From the NCBI GenBank assembly GCA_963775295.1, contig CAVZIK010000006.1, positions 1,119,602-1,183,601 of the forward strand: 64,000 nucleotides of DNA, given 5' to 3'. The notes beneath the pieces are model-generated. The model did no database searches. It worked only from the letters and a program-made list of their open reading frames with translations, and was not told where the DNA came from. This DNA comes from an uncultured Actinomycetes bacterium (lineage in GTDB: Bacteria > Actinomycetota > Thermoleophilia > RBG-16-64-13). Numbering within the stretch: position 1 is the stretch's first letter; each line of letters starts with the position of its first letter. This document shows positions 1 through 9,058 of the stretch, piece by piece. The translations under genes were made by a program, and so were the position numbers.

Positions 1-1046
1 TGGCCGCTGAACAGCATTGTCTCTATCGATCGTCTTTGCTCGGGGGTATATCCGGCTCGATACGGAGAGAGTCGCCCGGCCAAGGCGCGGTCGGTCTCCT
101 TGAGTCGGTCGGCGCACTGCTGATAGATGAGTTCGGCCGCACGCCGGGACTTCGTGAAGCATATCGAGCGGACTCCGTTGCGCATGAGTTCGGCCAGCAG
201 ATCCGCGGCCTCGGTGGTGGTGCTTCGCCGGATATTCAACTCCTCGTGGGCCAGAGGCGGCTCCCAGAAGACGATCTTCCGCGGCCCCGTAGGGGCTCCG
301 TCGCCGCTCACGTGCGCGACCTCCAAGCCGGTGAGGTGCGCGGCGTGTTCCCGGGCGTTGCTGATCGTCGCCGACGCCAGGATGAACTGCGGGTTCGCCC
401 CGTAGAAGGAAGCCACTCGTCGCAACCGGCGCAGGACGTTGGCCACGTTACTCCCGAAGACGCCCCTGTAGGTGTGGGCCTCGTCGATTACCACATACTT
501 GAGGTTGAAGAGAAACTCGTCCCAACGTTCGTGCCGGGGGAGGACGCTGAGGTGGAGCATATCCGGGTTGGTGAGGAGAACCCGGGCCTTCTGTCGGGCG
601 ACGAGTCTGGCGGCGGTCGGCGTATCGCCGTCGTACGCGGCGACCTCCACCGCTTTGCCCGCCAAGAGGCGGATGCGGCGGAGTTGGTCCTGAGCGAGTG
701 CCTTGGTGGGATAGAGGTAGACAGCGCGAGCGTGTGGATCGCGCAGCAGTCCGTCGAGGACGGGCAAGTTGAAACAGAGACTCTTGCCGGAGGCGGTACC
801 CGTGGTGACCATGAAGTGGCCCGCCCCTTGAGATTTGTCCCAGCATTCGGCTTGGTGCGTCCAGAGCTTCTTGATGCCCTGCGCCGCCAAGGCGTCGACC
901 AACTGCAGGTGGAGGTTTCCGGGGAGCGGCGCCGATTTGCCGGGGCGGCCGGGCAACACGGTCTGGGCCTCGACCTGGGGAAAACGATCCGGAGTCAAGA
1001 GTTCGAACAATTCCGGTCTCAACCTAGCCTGCCTAAGACGCAACAT
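1..1046 (-). CDS. ATP-dependent DEAD/DEAH-box helicase, Hrq1/MrfA(YprA)/SftH-like (DUF1998 family). N-terminal part only; the 3' end runs off the left edge of the window.
   Basis: My own reverse-complement translation from the ATG at 1046 gives MLRLRQARLRPELFELL...LVDALAAQGIKKLWTHQAECWDKSQGAGHFMVTTGTASGKSLCFNLPVLDGL...RAVYLYPTKALAQDQ...VVIDEAHTYRGVFGSNVANVLRRL...ILASATISN. These are Walker A, motif Ia and the DEAH box. The tracked + ORF 36..1148 is its antisense shadow, and the gene is absent from the track because it has no stop inside the window. Confidence 0.8.
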   Translation of the reverse strand, partial: MLRLRQARLRPELFELLTPDRFPQVEAQTVLPGRPGKSAPLPGNLHLQLVDALAAQGIKKLWTHQAECWDKSQGAGHFMVTTGTASGKSLCFNLPVLDGLLRDPHARAVYLYPTKALAQDQLRRIRLLAGKAVEVAAYDGDTPTAARLVARQKARVLLTNPDMLHLSVLPRHERWDEFLFNLKYVVIDEAHTYRGVFGSNVANVLRRLRRVASFYGANPQFILASATISNAREHAAHLTGLEVAHVSGDGAPTGPRKIVFWEPPLAHEELNIRRSTTTEAADLLAELMRNGVRSICFTKSRRAAELIYQQCADRLKETDRALAGRLSPYRAGYTPEQRRSIETMLFSG

Positions 1047-1215
1047 CGTAATCGCCTGCCCTGCTCCCGCCCTGCGGGGGTCGCCTCCCTATCCCGTCCG
1101 AAGAATCAGAGAGTACGAGCGGCGGTCAATGGAGGCCATACAACCTAAGATGTAGACCGGCGGGCGGTCCGGTCGGCAGTGTCTATGATAGCCCAGCAAT
1201 CCCGCTCTTCCGCTT

Positions 1216-2208
1216 CTACCGCGCTCCGTCCACATGCCGAAGGGTGATCTCGACGATCTGGGGTCTAGCGAAGAAGCGCATGGGAGGAAAGATCGTACCT
1301 ATTCCGTTGGAGACAATGACGGTCGTGTCGCCATTTTGAACCACCCCGGTGCGGTATTTCTGTCCGTAATCCGAAGGCAGAACCGGCGCCCAGAGGCCGA
1401 AGAACGTGACCTGGCCACCGTGGGTGTGACCGGAAAGGACGAGATCGACCGCGTCGGCGGGGAGGGTCTCGGCGTAGTCGGGATTGTGGCTGAGGAGGAT
1501 GACCAGGTCCGCCGCCGTGGTTCCATCTACCACGCCGGCGAGGTCCGGTACTCCCTCCTTGTAGTCGGCGACACCGCCCAGGCGGATTCGCGCGCCGTCC
1601 TTTTCGACCCACACTCCACGGTTATCCAACAGGTCGATTCCGGCAGTCTGGATCGCTCGAATAGCGGCGGAAGGATCCGCAACCCCGCCGTCCGAGGAGT
1701 ATGCCGCGTAGTCATGATTCCCGAGCACGGCGAACCGTCCCAGGGGGGCCTGCAGCCGCGCTAGTTCCGAAAGACAGGAGCTCTCGTACTCGGGTTTGAC
1801 GTAGACGTAGTCACCGTCAAGGGCTATCAGGTCCGGGTGCAGCCCGTTCACCTTATCCACCAAGTCCCCCACGCGCTCCTGGGAAAAGAACCATCCCCGG
1901 TGGATATCGGTGAGAAGAACGATCTTCGTCCCATCAAATTCGGCGGGCACCTGGGTGCTCGAGAACTCGTATTGCCGCACCTCGATCCAAAACGGTTCAA
2001 CGAACATGTACCCAAGCAGAGCCGCCAAGACCACGAAGACGGTCGCGGCAACGATCCACCAGCGATTGAGCCTTCTGAGGCTTGCGGGACGCCCTGAACC
2101 AACCTTCTTGGTTCGAGTGGTCATCGCATGGGGTCGGTTGGAAGAGAAGTGGGCCTGCCGTCGCGGCCGGCCCAGACGCATTCCGTCACGGCACCCGAAT
2201 AAGGTCAC
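1216..2208 (-). CDS. Membrane-anchored metallophosphoesterase (calcineurin-like). The start is probably an internal Met (2181 or 2124), not 2208.
   Basis: One N-terminal TM helix (WWIVAATVFVVLAALLGYMFV) followed by metallophosphatase motifs: LLTDIHRG, GDYVY, LGNHDY, GHTHGG. The 2208 start overlaps asd by 23 nt. Confidence 0.8.
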   Translation of the reverse strand: MTLFGCRDGMRLGRPRRQAHFSSNRPHAMTTRTKKVGSGRPASLRRLNRWWIVAATVFVVLAALLGYMFVEPFWIEVRQYEFSSTQVPAEFDGTKIVLLTDIHRGWFFSQERVGDLVDKVNGLHPDLIALDGDYVYVKPEYESSCLSELARLQAPLGRFAVLGNHDYAAYSSDGGVADPSAAIRAIQTAGIDLLDNRGVWVEKDGARIRLGGVADYKEGVPDLAGVVDGTTAADLVILLSHNPDYAETLPADAVDLVLSGHTHGGQVTFFGLWAPVLPSDYGQKYRTGVVQNGDTTVIVSNGIGTIFPPMRFFARPQIVEITLRHVDGAR

Positions 2209-3211
2209 GTTCTAACAGCAGCTCCCCGATCTGGACCGCGTTGAGAGCCGCTCCTTTGCGGAGGTTGTCGGCGACAACCCACAAGTTGAGAGCGTTCTCC
2301 ACCGTGGGGTCGCGGCGGATGCGCCCCACGTAGGTGTCATCGGTGCCGGCGGCCACGATGGGCATGGGGTAAAGCTTAGTTGCCGGATCGTCCGTCACGA
2401 GTACTCCCGGAGCGACTGTTAGGAGCTTGCGCGCCTCCTCGGGGCTCATGGGGTTTGCGAACTCCAGATTGACAGCTTCCGAATGGCCGTAAGTCACCGG
2501 CACACGCACGCAGGTCGCGCTGACCTTGATCGAAGGGTCGCCCATGATCTTCTTGGTCTCATCCACCATCTTCTGCTCTTCCTTGGTGGACCCGTCCTCC
2601 AAAAAGACATCGATATGAGGCAGACAGTTAAAGGCTATCTGGTGTGGATAAACGCTGATTTCCGGTTTCGCCCCCGCGAGGATCTGACCGGACTGTTGCA
2701 GCAGCTCGTCTATGGCTTCGGCGCCGGTGCCGGAAACCGCTTGATAGGTGGAGACGACCACGCGGGTTATGCGCGCGACGTCGTGCAGTGGCTTCATCAC
2801 GACAACCATCTGGATGGTGGAGCAGTTCGGGTTGGCGATGATCCCCTTGTGCCACCTGACATCCTCCGGATTTACCTCGGGCACCACCAGGGGAACCGTG
2901 GGGTCCATCCGCCAGGCAGAGGAGTTGTCCACGACGACACATCCAGCGGCGCGGGCGATTGGCGCGAAGTCGAGCGAAGTGCCTCCGCCCGCAGAGAACA
3001 GGGCGAGATCGACATCCTTGAAACTGTCGGCGGTGAGTTCCTCGCAGACGACGTTCTCACCACAAAAATCAACCGACTTACCAGCGGAACGTGTCGAAGT
3101 GAGCGCCACCAGATCTTTCACCGGGAATTTTCGCTTGGCCAGGATGGTTCTCATGGCCATGCCCACGGCACCGGTGGCCCCAACGACTGCGACCCGATAT
3201 TCTCTGCTCAC
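2186..3211 (-). CDS. asd: Aspartate-semialdehyde dehydrogenase
   Basis: RVAVVGATGAVG Rossmann motif, active-site region NPNCSTIQMV, and conserved length. I place the start at GTG 3211, which is preceded by GGAGGA; the track start at 3253 adds 14 non-conserved residues. Confidence 0.9.
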   Translation of the reverse strand: MSREYRVAVVGATGAVGMAMRTILAKRKFPVKDLVALTSTRSAGKSVDFCGENVVCEELTADSFKDVDLALFSAGGGTSLDFAPIARAAGCVVVDNSSAWRMDPTVPLVVPEVNPEDVRWHKGIIANPNCSTIQMVVVMKPLHDVARITRVVVSTYQAVSGTGAEAIDELLQQSGQILAGAKPEISVYPHQIAFNCLPHIDVFLEDGSTKEEQKMVDETKKIMGDPSIKVSATCVRVPVTYGHSEAVNLEFANPMSPEEARKLLTVAPGVLVTDDPATKLYPMPIVAAGTDDTYVGRIRRDPTVENALNLWVVADNLRKGAALNAVQIGELLLERDLIRVP

Positions 3212-3380
3212 CGTTCCTCCTTGGCCCAACGTTTGGAGGCATGATTCTAGCATTCGCGGCCTCGTCTCGAGGAACTGGCTCCCGCGTTCGTACCGCTAGA
3301 CGGTCATTGATCTCACAGAGCGGTATGGCAGCCTTCTCCCAGATGGGCTGACTTTGGCTTCCCGCAACCCATGTTTACAC

Positions 3381-3390
3381 TTGTTAACAA
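3381..3390. promoter_or_regulatory. Perfect 10-bp palindrome TTGTTAACAA in the AT-rich region upstream of the substrate-binding protein gene; candidate operator
   Basis: Read directly at 3381-3390, inside an unusually AT-rich stretch 37-46 nt upstream of the ATG at 3427, with GGAGGAGG at 3413-3420. Confidence 0.3.
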
Positions 3391-3426
3391 AGTTTCTTGC
3401 AACGTCATTGTTGGAGGAGGGGTTAG

Positions 3427-4854
3427 ATGATCGACGACGAGCGCGAACAAGCCGACGGGACTCTGGACAAGTCCGTCAGCAGGCGCGACTTCCTCAAGAT
3501 CGCCGGCATTGCCGGTGCCGCCGTGGGCATGGGAGCGGGCTTGGGCGGCCTTGTGGCTGCCTGCGGTGGATCGGAGGAAACGACGACCACGACCGCCGCT
3601 GCGGGCGGTACCGTGACCACCACAGCCGCGGGCGACACCACTACCGTTTCGGTAGAAGCCGAAACCGGTGATGAAGTCAAAGCTGGCTACGTCCTCCCGG
3701 TCACCGGTAACATGGCTGCTTTTGGTGCCGCCGCAGACTGGGAAGTCCAGTACTTCAACAACAATGTCTGGAAAGACGGATTCGTGATGGGGGACGGTAA
3801 GAAGCACAAGTTCACCGTCATCGTCGCCGACATGCAGTCCGACTCCAACCGCGCCGCTCAGGTGGCCGGAGATCTCATCCAAAACTCGGGGGTGCAACTC
3901 ATCGGCGCGAGCGCCAGCGCCGCCAACGTGGTCCCTGTTCGCGACCAATGTGAAGCGCTGGGGTGCCCCTGCATCACCTACGACTGCCCGGGCGATGCCT
4001 GGAATGCGGGCCAGCCGGAAGGCGGTTTCAAATGGTCCTGGCATACCTGGTTCATTTTCAAAGATATGAGCGCGAACTTCGTTGCGATGTGGGACATGCT
4101 CCCCACCAACAAAACGGTCGGAGGCCTATACCCGAATGACGCCGACGGCTTGGCTTTCGCCCAAGGTCTGCCGGCAGCCTTCCAGCCCAAGGGGTACACC
4201 TACGTCGATCCCGGTCGCTTCGAAGACAACACCGAAGACTACACGGCGATCATCAGCAAGTTCCGCAAAGAGGGGGTGGAGATCGTCAACGGTGTGCCTA
4301 CTCCTCCGGATTATGCGAACTTCTGGAAACAAGCGGTACAGCAGGGCTTCAAGCCGAAGATCTCGACCGAAGCCAAAGCCATGCTGTTCCCCTCGGGTGT
4401 CAACGCCCTAGGTGAACTCGGTGATGGCCAGACGGTCGAATGCTGGTTCCACCCGAAATTCCCCTACACGAGTTCTCTTACCGGCCTTACGGCCCAGCAA
4501 GTGTGCGACATGTGGGAATCCGACAAGAATGAGCAGTGGACCCAGCCGATCTGCTTCTTCGGCCAGTTCGAGGTGTTCACCGATATTCTGAAACGGTGCA
4601 CCGACCCTCTCGACAAGAATGCCATCATCGAGGCGACGAAGGGTACGAAGATCACCACCATCGGCGGCCCGGTCGACTGGACCGTGAACCCCGATCCGTA
4701 CTCCGGCTTCTACAACTTCTCCACCAAGCCGATTACAGGCGGTCAGTGGGTCAAAGGTACCGGAAAATGGCAGTACGACATGGAGATCGTGGCGAGCGTG
4801 AGCAGCCCCGATATTAAGACCACTGCCACCATCAAAGAATTGGTCTTTCCTTAG
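3427..4854 (+). CDS. Tat-signal lipoprotein; ABC-type substrate-binding protein of the Leu/Ile/Val-binding (PBP type 1) family. Orphan: no adjacent permease or ATPase.
   Basis: Twin-arginine motif SRRDFLKIAGIAGAAV, lipobox VAACGG, a Thr/Ala-rich linker, then a PBP1 fold. Paralogous to 57633..59057. Confidence 0.8.
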   Translation: MIDDEREQADGTLDKSVSRRDFLKIAGIAGAAVGMGAGLGGLVAACGGSEETTTTTAAAGGTVTTTAAGDTTTVSVEAETGDEVKAGYVLPVTGNMAAFGAAADWEVQYFNNNVWKDGFVMGDGKKHKFTVIVADMQSDSNRAAQVAGDLIQNSGVQLIGASASAANVVPVRDQCEALGCPCITYDCPGDAWNAGQPEGGFKWSWHTWFIFKDMSANFVAMWDMLPTNKTVGGLYPNDADGLAFAQGLPAAFQPKGYTYVDPGRFEDNTEDYTAIISKFRKEGVEIVNGVPTPPDYANFWKQAVQQGFKPKISTEAKAMLFPSGVNALGELGDGQTVECWFHPKFPYTSSLTGLTAQQVCDMWESDKNEQWTQPICFFGQFEVFTDILKRCTDPLDKNAIIEATKGTKITTIGGPVDWTVNPDPYSGFYNFSTKPITGGQWVKGTGKWQYDMEIVASVSSPDIKTTATIKELVFP

Positions 4855-4904
4855 GAGCCATGTTGCCGACGAGAGCCGGTAGAGCGGTCGTTGCCGGGAC
4901 TTCT

Positions 4905-4930
4905 GGGGCGCCCCGCCGAGCGGGGCGCCC
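4905..4930. terminator. GC-rich hairpin (GGGCGCCCC-GCCGAGC-GGGGCGCCC) between convergent genes; probable bidirectional terminator
   Basis: 9-bp perfect stem read in sequence. Lies 50 nt after the substrate-binding protein stop and 5 nt before the stop of the minus-strand gene at 4936. Followed on + by GATTTCT. Confidence 0.5.
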
Positions 4931-4935
4931 GATTT

Positions 4936-6567
4936 CTACTCAGGGTGAGAAAGAGCGGCGCTTAAGACTTGCTTGAGGCCCTCCTCGGTGTAGGGTCGCT
5001 TGAGCGCAGCCCCGAAGCCGTGAAACTCGTATCCGAGGATGTCGGCGTCGCTACACACGACCACCGGCGCCTTCATCCCCAAGGCACGCAAGCGTGACTT
5101 CAGTTCCAACCCGCTCGAGCCGTCGGGTCCTATCAGCTCAACGAGTGCCGCCGAGAAGGGGTCGTGATCGTGAGCCACAGCTGCAATCGCGTCGACCGCC
5201 TCGTCGATGCAAGCACAACTCACCGTCTGCCAGCCGATTCGTTCGAGGGCCTGGGCCACCTTGCGGCTCCGGCAAGTATCGGCATCGATCACCAGAAGGC
5301 GGGGCGTAGAACTGGGAACGCCGGGCGGGGTTTGCTGTTTCGCGGGTCCTGCCTTCCAGCCCGACCGCGCAGGCGCCTCCTCCGAGCCGTGGACAGCCGA
5401 TTCGATGGCGGCTAGTCGGCGCTGAAGGGTCAGATCCTCGGCCATCACGACGTAGGCCGAAGCGTTGCCCACGATGTCCCGAAAAGGGGTAGTCGTAAGT
5501 CGGACCTCGACGGGGGTGCCGTCTCTCGCTAGGAGGGTGACCTCTCGGCCGGAAGTGGTGGGGTCGCTCAATTGGACCCCACGTTGTGGCAATGGCTGAA
5601 ACGGGGGCCTTCGTCCCATGACCTCTCCGGCGCGCCATCCCAGGAGCCTTTCCGCTGCGCGGTTCCACATTGTGAGCCCGCCCTCGGGATCGAGCAGCCA
5701 TGTTGCGAGCGGCGCCACGGTGATGAACGCCTCGAGATCGGCAACGGCATCGCCCCGAGACCGCTCGGCAAGAATTCGAGAGATCGCGTTTCCAGCGGTG
5801 GCGCCGAGACTGTGCAGACCGGCACGGAGACTGGGTGGAATTGCGGAATAGACATATGCGCCTACCACCATGACCGCGACGCGCTGGCTTCTATGGACTA
5901 TTGGGATGAGCTCGCTCGCGCGGGGCGCGCCGGGAACGAATGCCATATGAGCTGGAGGCTCCCCGCTCATCGCCGATTCCAGGCCGGACTTGGTCAATGC
6001 CGCGACGTAGTCGGTCGAGAAGTTACGCTGCAGCACCAAGTTCATCTCGCGCTTGGCCCAATCGATGGTGAAGACGCAACCGGCGTCGACGCCTTCCACG
6101 CGCATAGCGGCGTCCAGGCAGTCGAGCAGCGCTTTCTGAATGGTGTCCGCGGCAGCCAGAGCAGCTTGGAGACCGGAGTCGATTGCCGCCAGCTTCTCGC
6201 CTCGTTTCTCCTCGGTGGTGTCCTCCACGACCTCGATGAATCCGGTGGGCTGGTCTCCCGGTCCCCGGACGGGATGGGTCCGCACCCGAGCCGAAAACCA
6301 CGTGCCGTCGTCGCGGATGCCTTCGGTCTCGCCCTCGTGTGACTCTCCCGTGATTAGGGAGAGGCGACCGGGGCAGTGGGGACAAGGAGCCTCGCGCTTT
6401 TCGAACTCTCGGTAGCACTTCTTGCCCAAGAGTTCGACTATGGGTTTTGCATAGAGCCTCTCGTTCGCGCGGTTGACCATGATCAGATCGAAGTCGGCGG
6501 AGATGAGGTTCATGCCCGGTTCGGCATCCGGAGATACGTGAACGAAGCGATCGAGGTCGAGATCCAT
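4936..6567 (-). CDS. Multi-domain sensor protein: PAS (with CPHCPG motif) - GAF - PAS - C-terminal receiver-like domain lacking the phospho-acceptor Asp (Glu instead). No output domain.
   Basis: PAS-like segments (LISADFDLIMVNRANERLY; LLDPEGGLTMWNRAAERLLGW) and a GAF-like middle. The C-terminal REC-like domain is RLLVIDAD...AALVELIGPDGSSGLEL...VVVCSD...ALKRPY. Aligned to CheY, the D57 position is E. Confidence 0.7.
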   Translation of the reverse strand: MDLDLDRFVHVSPDAEPGMNLISADFDLIMVNRANERLYAKPIVELLGKKCYREFEKREAPCPHCPGRLSLITGESHEGETEGIRDDGTWFSARVRTHPVRGPGDQPTGFIEVVEDTTEEKRGEKLAAIDSGLQAALAAADTIQKALLDCLDAAMRVEGVDAGCVFTIDWAKREMNLVLQRNFSTDYVAALTKSGLESAMSGEPPAHMAFVPGAPRASELIPIVHRSQRVAVMVVGAYVYSAIPPSLRAGLHSLGATAGNAISRILAERSRGDAVADLEAFITVAPLATWLLDPEGGLTMWNRAAERLLGWRAGEVMGRRPPFQPLPQRGVQLSDPTTSGREVTLLARDGTPVEVRLTTTPFRDIVGNASAYVVMAEDLTLQRRLAAIESAVHGSEEAPARSGWKAGPAKQQTPPGVPSSTPRLLVIDADTCRSRKVAQALERIGWQTVSCACIDEAVDAIAAVAHDHDPFSAALVELIGPDGSSGLELKSRLRALGMKAPVVVCSDADILGYEFHGFGAALKRPYTEEGLKQVLSAALSHPE

Positions 6568-6585
6568 TGCAGCCTCTTCGCGGGA

Positions 6586-7857
6586 TTAGTTCAAACGAAC
6601 GGCCATCACCAGCCGGTCGTCGGCCGGGAGGGCGGAATCATGATAGTCCGTCGCAGCCGCACGCACAGCGTGCGCGATCCGCTCGGGATCGCGATCGGGA
6701 ATGCTTTCCACTGCCGTGGTTATGCCCTCCACGCCAAATTGCCGCGGGCCGCGGCGAAACTCGGCCACGCCGTCCGTATACAGGAGAAGCACGTCGCCTT
6801 GAGCGAAGATCTCAACAGCTTCGTCAAATTGGGCATCGGCAAAGACGCCGAGCGGCGGATTGTGCGGTGCGTCGATCTCCGCACTCGTGCCGTTGTTGAA
6901 GCGGAGCGGAGGCGGGTGGCCCGCAAGACAGACCTTCACCACCCCGGTCCGGGGCTCGACGAGACAGACTGCGGCGGTCACGAAACGTCCCAGAGCGAGT
7001 TGTCGAATCAAGATCTTGTTGGCGGCTTTCATAAAGCGGGCCGGGTCAGGGTTCTTGCCTGCCTCCGCTCCCAGCGCGAATCGCGTGCGGGCGGCTATGC
7101 CGGCCGCCTCCAAACCCTTACCGGAGACGTCGCCCACCAACACCAACACGCCTTTACGCCCGAAATCCAGGACGTCGTAGAAATCGCCGCCCATGCGCGC
7201 CATCTCTGTGGCCGACCCGAAGCTGACGCCTATGCTCAAGCCCTCCACCTTGGGCGGCCGGCCTGGTAGAAGGGCAGACTGGATAAGGTCCAACAGGGAA
7301 CTGTCTCGTTCGCTTGCCCGATGTCTCAGCAGAATGTCCCCCGCGAGGCGGCAGACGGACTCCACCACCGCGACAGTCTCAGCAAACCAGTCAGGTCGAA
7401 GGTCGGCCAGATGCAGCGATCCAACGATGCCACCTCCGGCCTTCAGTGGGAAGATCGCCAGGGATTCATAGCGCTCGGTTATGCAGCGCCCCCGCGTGAA
7501 ACCCAGCTGCCCGGCCGAGAAGTCTCCGCAGAGCGTGCTCATGCGGCCCCAGCAAAAGGAGCCTCCAGGCGTGAAGAAGGGGAGCGTTGTGTCGGTGCTA
7601 CCCGCGGTGACTCGGCCGCACATGCACTCGGAGGCTCCAAAAAGGGCCTCGTCTCTGGCGAAAGAGGAGGAGGCACCGTCGACCGAGCAGCTGCCCAGCC
7701 AGCTTTCTCCGTCGCCGTCGACCAGCAGACGCAGACTGGCGGCTTGACACCCGGTGAAGGCACGCGACCAGTCGGTCAAGAGGTCGGTTGACATCTTGAA
7801 GGTGGCCGCCGTGCTAAGGCGCTCGATGACGGAAGTGAGTTCCTCCAATTGCTGCAT
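6586..7857 (-). CDS. GAF-domain PP2C-family (SpoIIE/RsbU-like) serine phosphatase
   Basis: C-terminal PP2C motifs GGDFYDV, LVLVGDVSGKG, LLLYTDGVAE; N-terminal GAF-like region. Stop is 19 nt from the start of the PAS gene, so the two are probably co-operonic. Confidence 0.8.
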   Translation of the reverse strand: MQQLEELTSVIERLSTAATFKMSTDLLTDWSRAFTGCQAASLRLLVDGDGESWLGSCSVDGASSSFARDEALFGASECMCGRVTAGSTDTTLPFFTPGGSFCWGRMSTLCGDFSAGQLGFTRGRCITERYESLAIFPLKAGGGIVGSLHLADLRPDWFAETVAVVESVCRLAGDILLRHRASERDSSLLDLIQSALLPGRPPKVEGLSIGVSFGSATEMARMGGDFYDVLDFGRKGVLVLVGDVSGKGLEAAGIAARTRFALGAEAGKNPDPARFMKAANKILIRQLALGRFVTAAVCLVEPRTGVVKVCLAGHPPPLRFNNGTSAEIDAPHNPPLGVFADAQFDEAVEIFAQGDVLLLYTDGVAEFRRGPRQFGVEGITTAVESIPDRDPERIAHAVRAAATDYHDSALPADDRLVMAVRLN

Positions 7858-7870
7858 GAGGTGATTCTAC

Positions 7871-9058
7871 CTACTCAGGGCGGAACCGCCATATTGCGAG
7901 CCCGAAGAGCACCACTATCCAGATCCATACAACGCCCAGCGGGCGAAGGACCTCAGCGACCCCCCACCCTTTGAGGATGATGCCGTGGAGCGAGTCAATC
8001 ACCCAAGCTGTAGGCAAGAAATGGGCGACCCGGGAAAAGGTGGCGCTGGTGATCTCAAGAGGGAACCAGGCTCCACCGAGCGCCGCGAGAAGCTGGGCGG
8101 AGATGACCGTCGTGGCAATCACGGCCTGCTCGGAGCGGAATACCGAGGAGATCAACAGCCCTATCGAGGCGGCAAAGATCGACATGGAAATCATGATCAT
8201 CACCAGGGCCACGGGACTGTTGAAGTAGTCCACGCCGAAGGCCAGTTGGCCGAGCAGTATGAGGAAGAGCTGTTGGAGGAAGGTAATGACGAGCATCGCC
8301 ACCAACTTTCCCCCGAAGATCTCCGATTTTCTCACTCCGGAGACGCTTAGCCTGCGGATTAGCCCGGTCCGCCTCTCCCAGACCAAGCCCGTGGCTACGG
8401 TGAGCAAACCAAAAAGTACCCATTGGACAAGCGACCCCGTAGACGCCTGATCGAAGCCTCCGATCTGGCGAACCTGGCTGCTCCCCGACGCCTCCACCCG
8501 GACTGAGATGGCGGGATTCGCCACCTGAGACGCGGCCGCTGCCATGGACTGTTGGACCAGTGCAGCGTCCAGCGGGCGTCTGGTCTCGATGGATACCTGC
8601 TCGGCCGCGCTGTTGCCTGCAATGACTGTGGCGTTGATACGCGCGACCACGGCCTGGACCGCCTCAGACACTGATTGCGCTCCGCTCGAGGTTTCGACGC
8701 GAACGAACGTCACGGTGACCGGCTTGCCGCTGTCGAAGGCCCTCCCGTATCCGGCGGGGATCTCTACCGCGGCCGCAACCGATTGATCCTGCACAGCTTG
8801 GTCCACGCTTTCGACGCTCATCAATTTGATCTCCAGAAGAGGCTCAGTCGTGAGCTGCCGGATCAGCTCCTGGGAAGCGGCGCTACCGTCGCCATCGGAG
8901 ACCGCCATTGGGATAGTCGAGCCGCCGGAGAATCCTCCGATCAGTATGCCCAGGAAGAGGGTGAACACCACTGGCAATATGATCGTGAAGATAGCCGCCA
9001 GCCGGTCACGTCTCGCCTGGAGCAGCTCCTTGCCGGCTATGTACCAGACCCTTCTCAT
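7871..9058 (-). CDS. ABC-2 family exporter permease (second permease). Start placed at internal Met 9058, which forms an ATGA overlap with the upstream permease stop.
   Basis: N-terminal TM, then a large extracytoplasmic domain, then a C-terminal 5-TM bundle. This topology is typical of ABC-2 permeases with a big periplasmic loop. Confidence 0.75.
   Translation of the reverse strand: MRRVWYIAGKELLQARRDRLAAIFTIILPVVFTLFLGILIGGFSGGSTIPMAVSDGDGSAASQELIRQLTTEPLLEIKLMSVESVDQAVQDQSVAAAVEIPAGYGRAFDSGKPVTVTFVRVETSSGAQSVSEAVQAVVARINATVIAGNSAAEQVSIETRRPLDAALVQQSMAAAASQVANPAISVRVEASGSSQVRQIGGFDQASTGSLVQWVLFGLLTVATGLVWERRTGLIRRLSVSGVRKSEIFGGKLVAMLVITFLQQLFLILLGQLAFGVDYFNSPVALVMIMISMSIFAASIGLLISSVFRSEQAVIATTVISAQLLAALGGAWFPLEITSATFSRVAHFLPTAWVIDSLHGIILKGWGVAEVLRPLGVVWIWIVVLFGLAIWRFRPE

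Noticed and set aside
36-1148. 370-aa + strand ORF at the left edge
   Set aside because: Low-complexity Arg/Gly-rich translation. It is the antisense frame of the clearly conserved minus-strand DUF1998-type helicase.
3580-3660. Short tandem repeats (ACGACGACCACGACC...) as possible CRISPR/VNTR
   Set aside because: They are in-frame Thr/Ala codon runs encoding lipoprotein linkers, with no spacer/repeat periodicity. No CRISPR array exists in the window.
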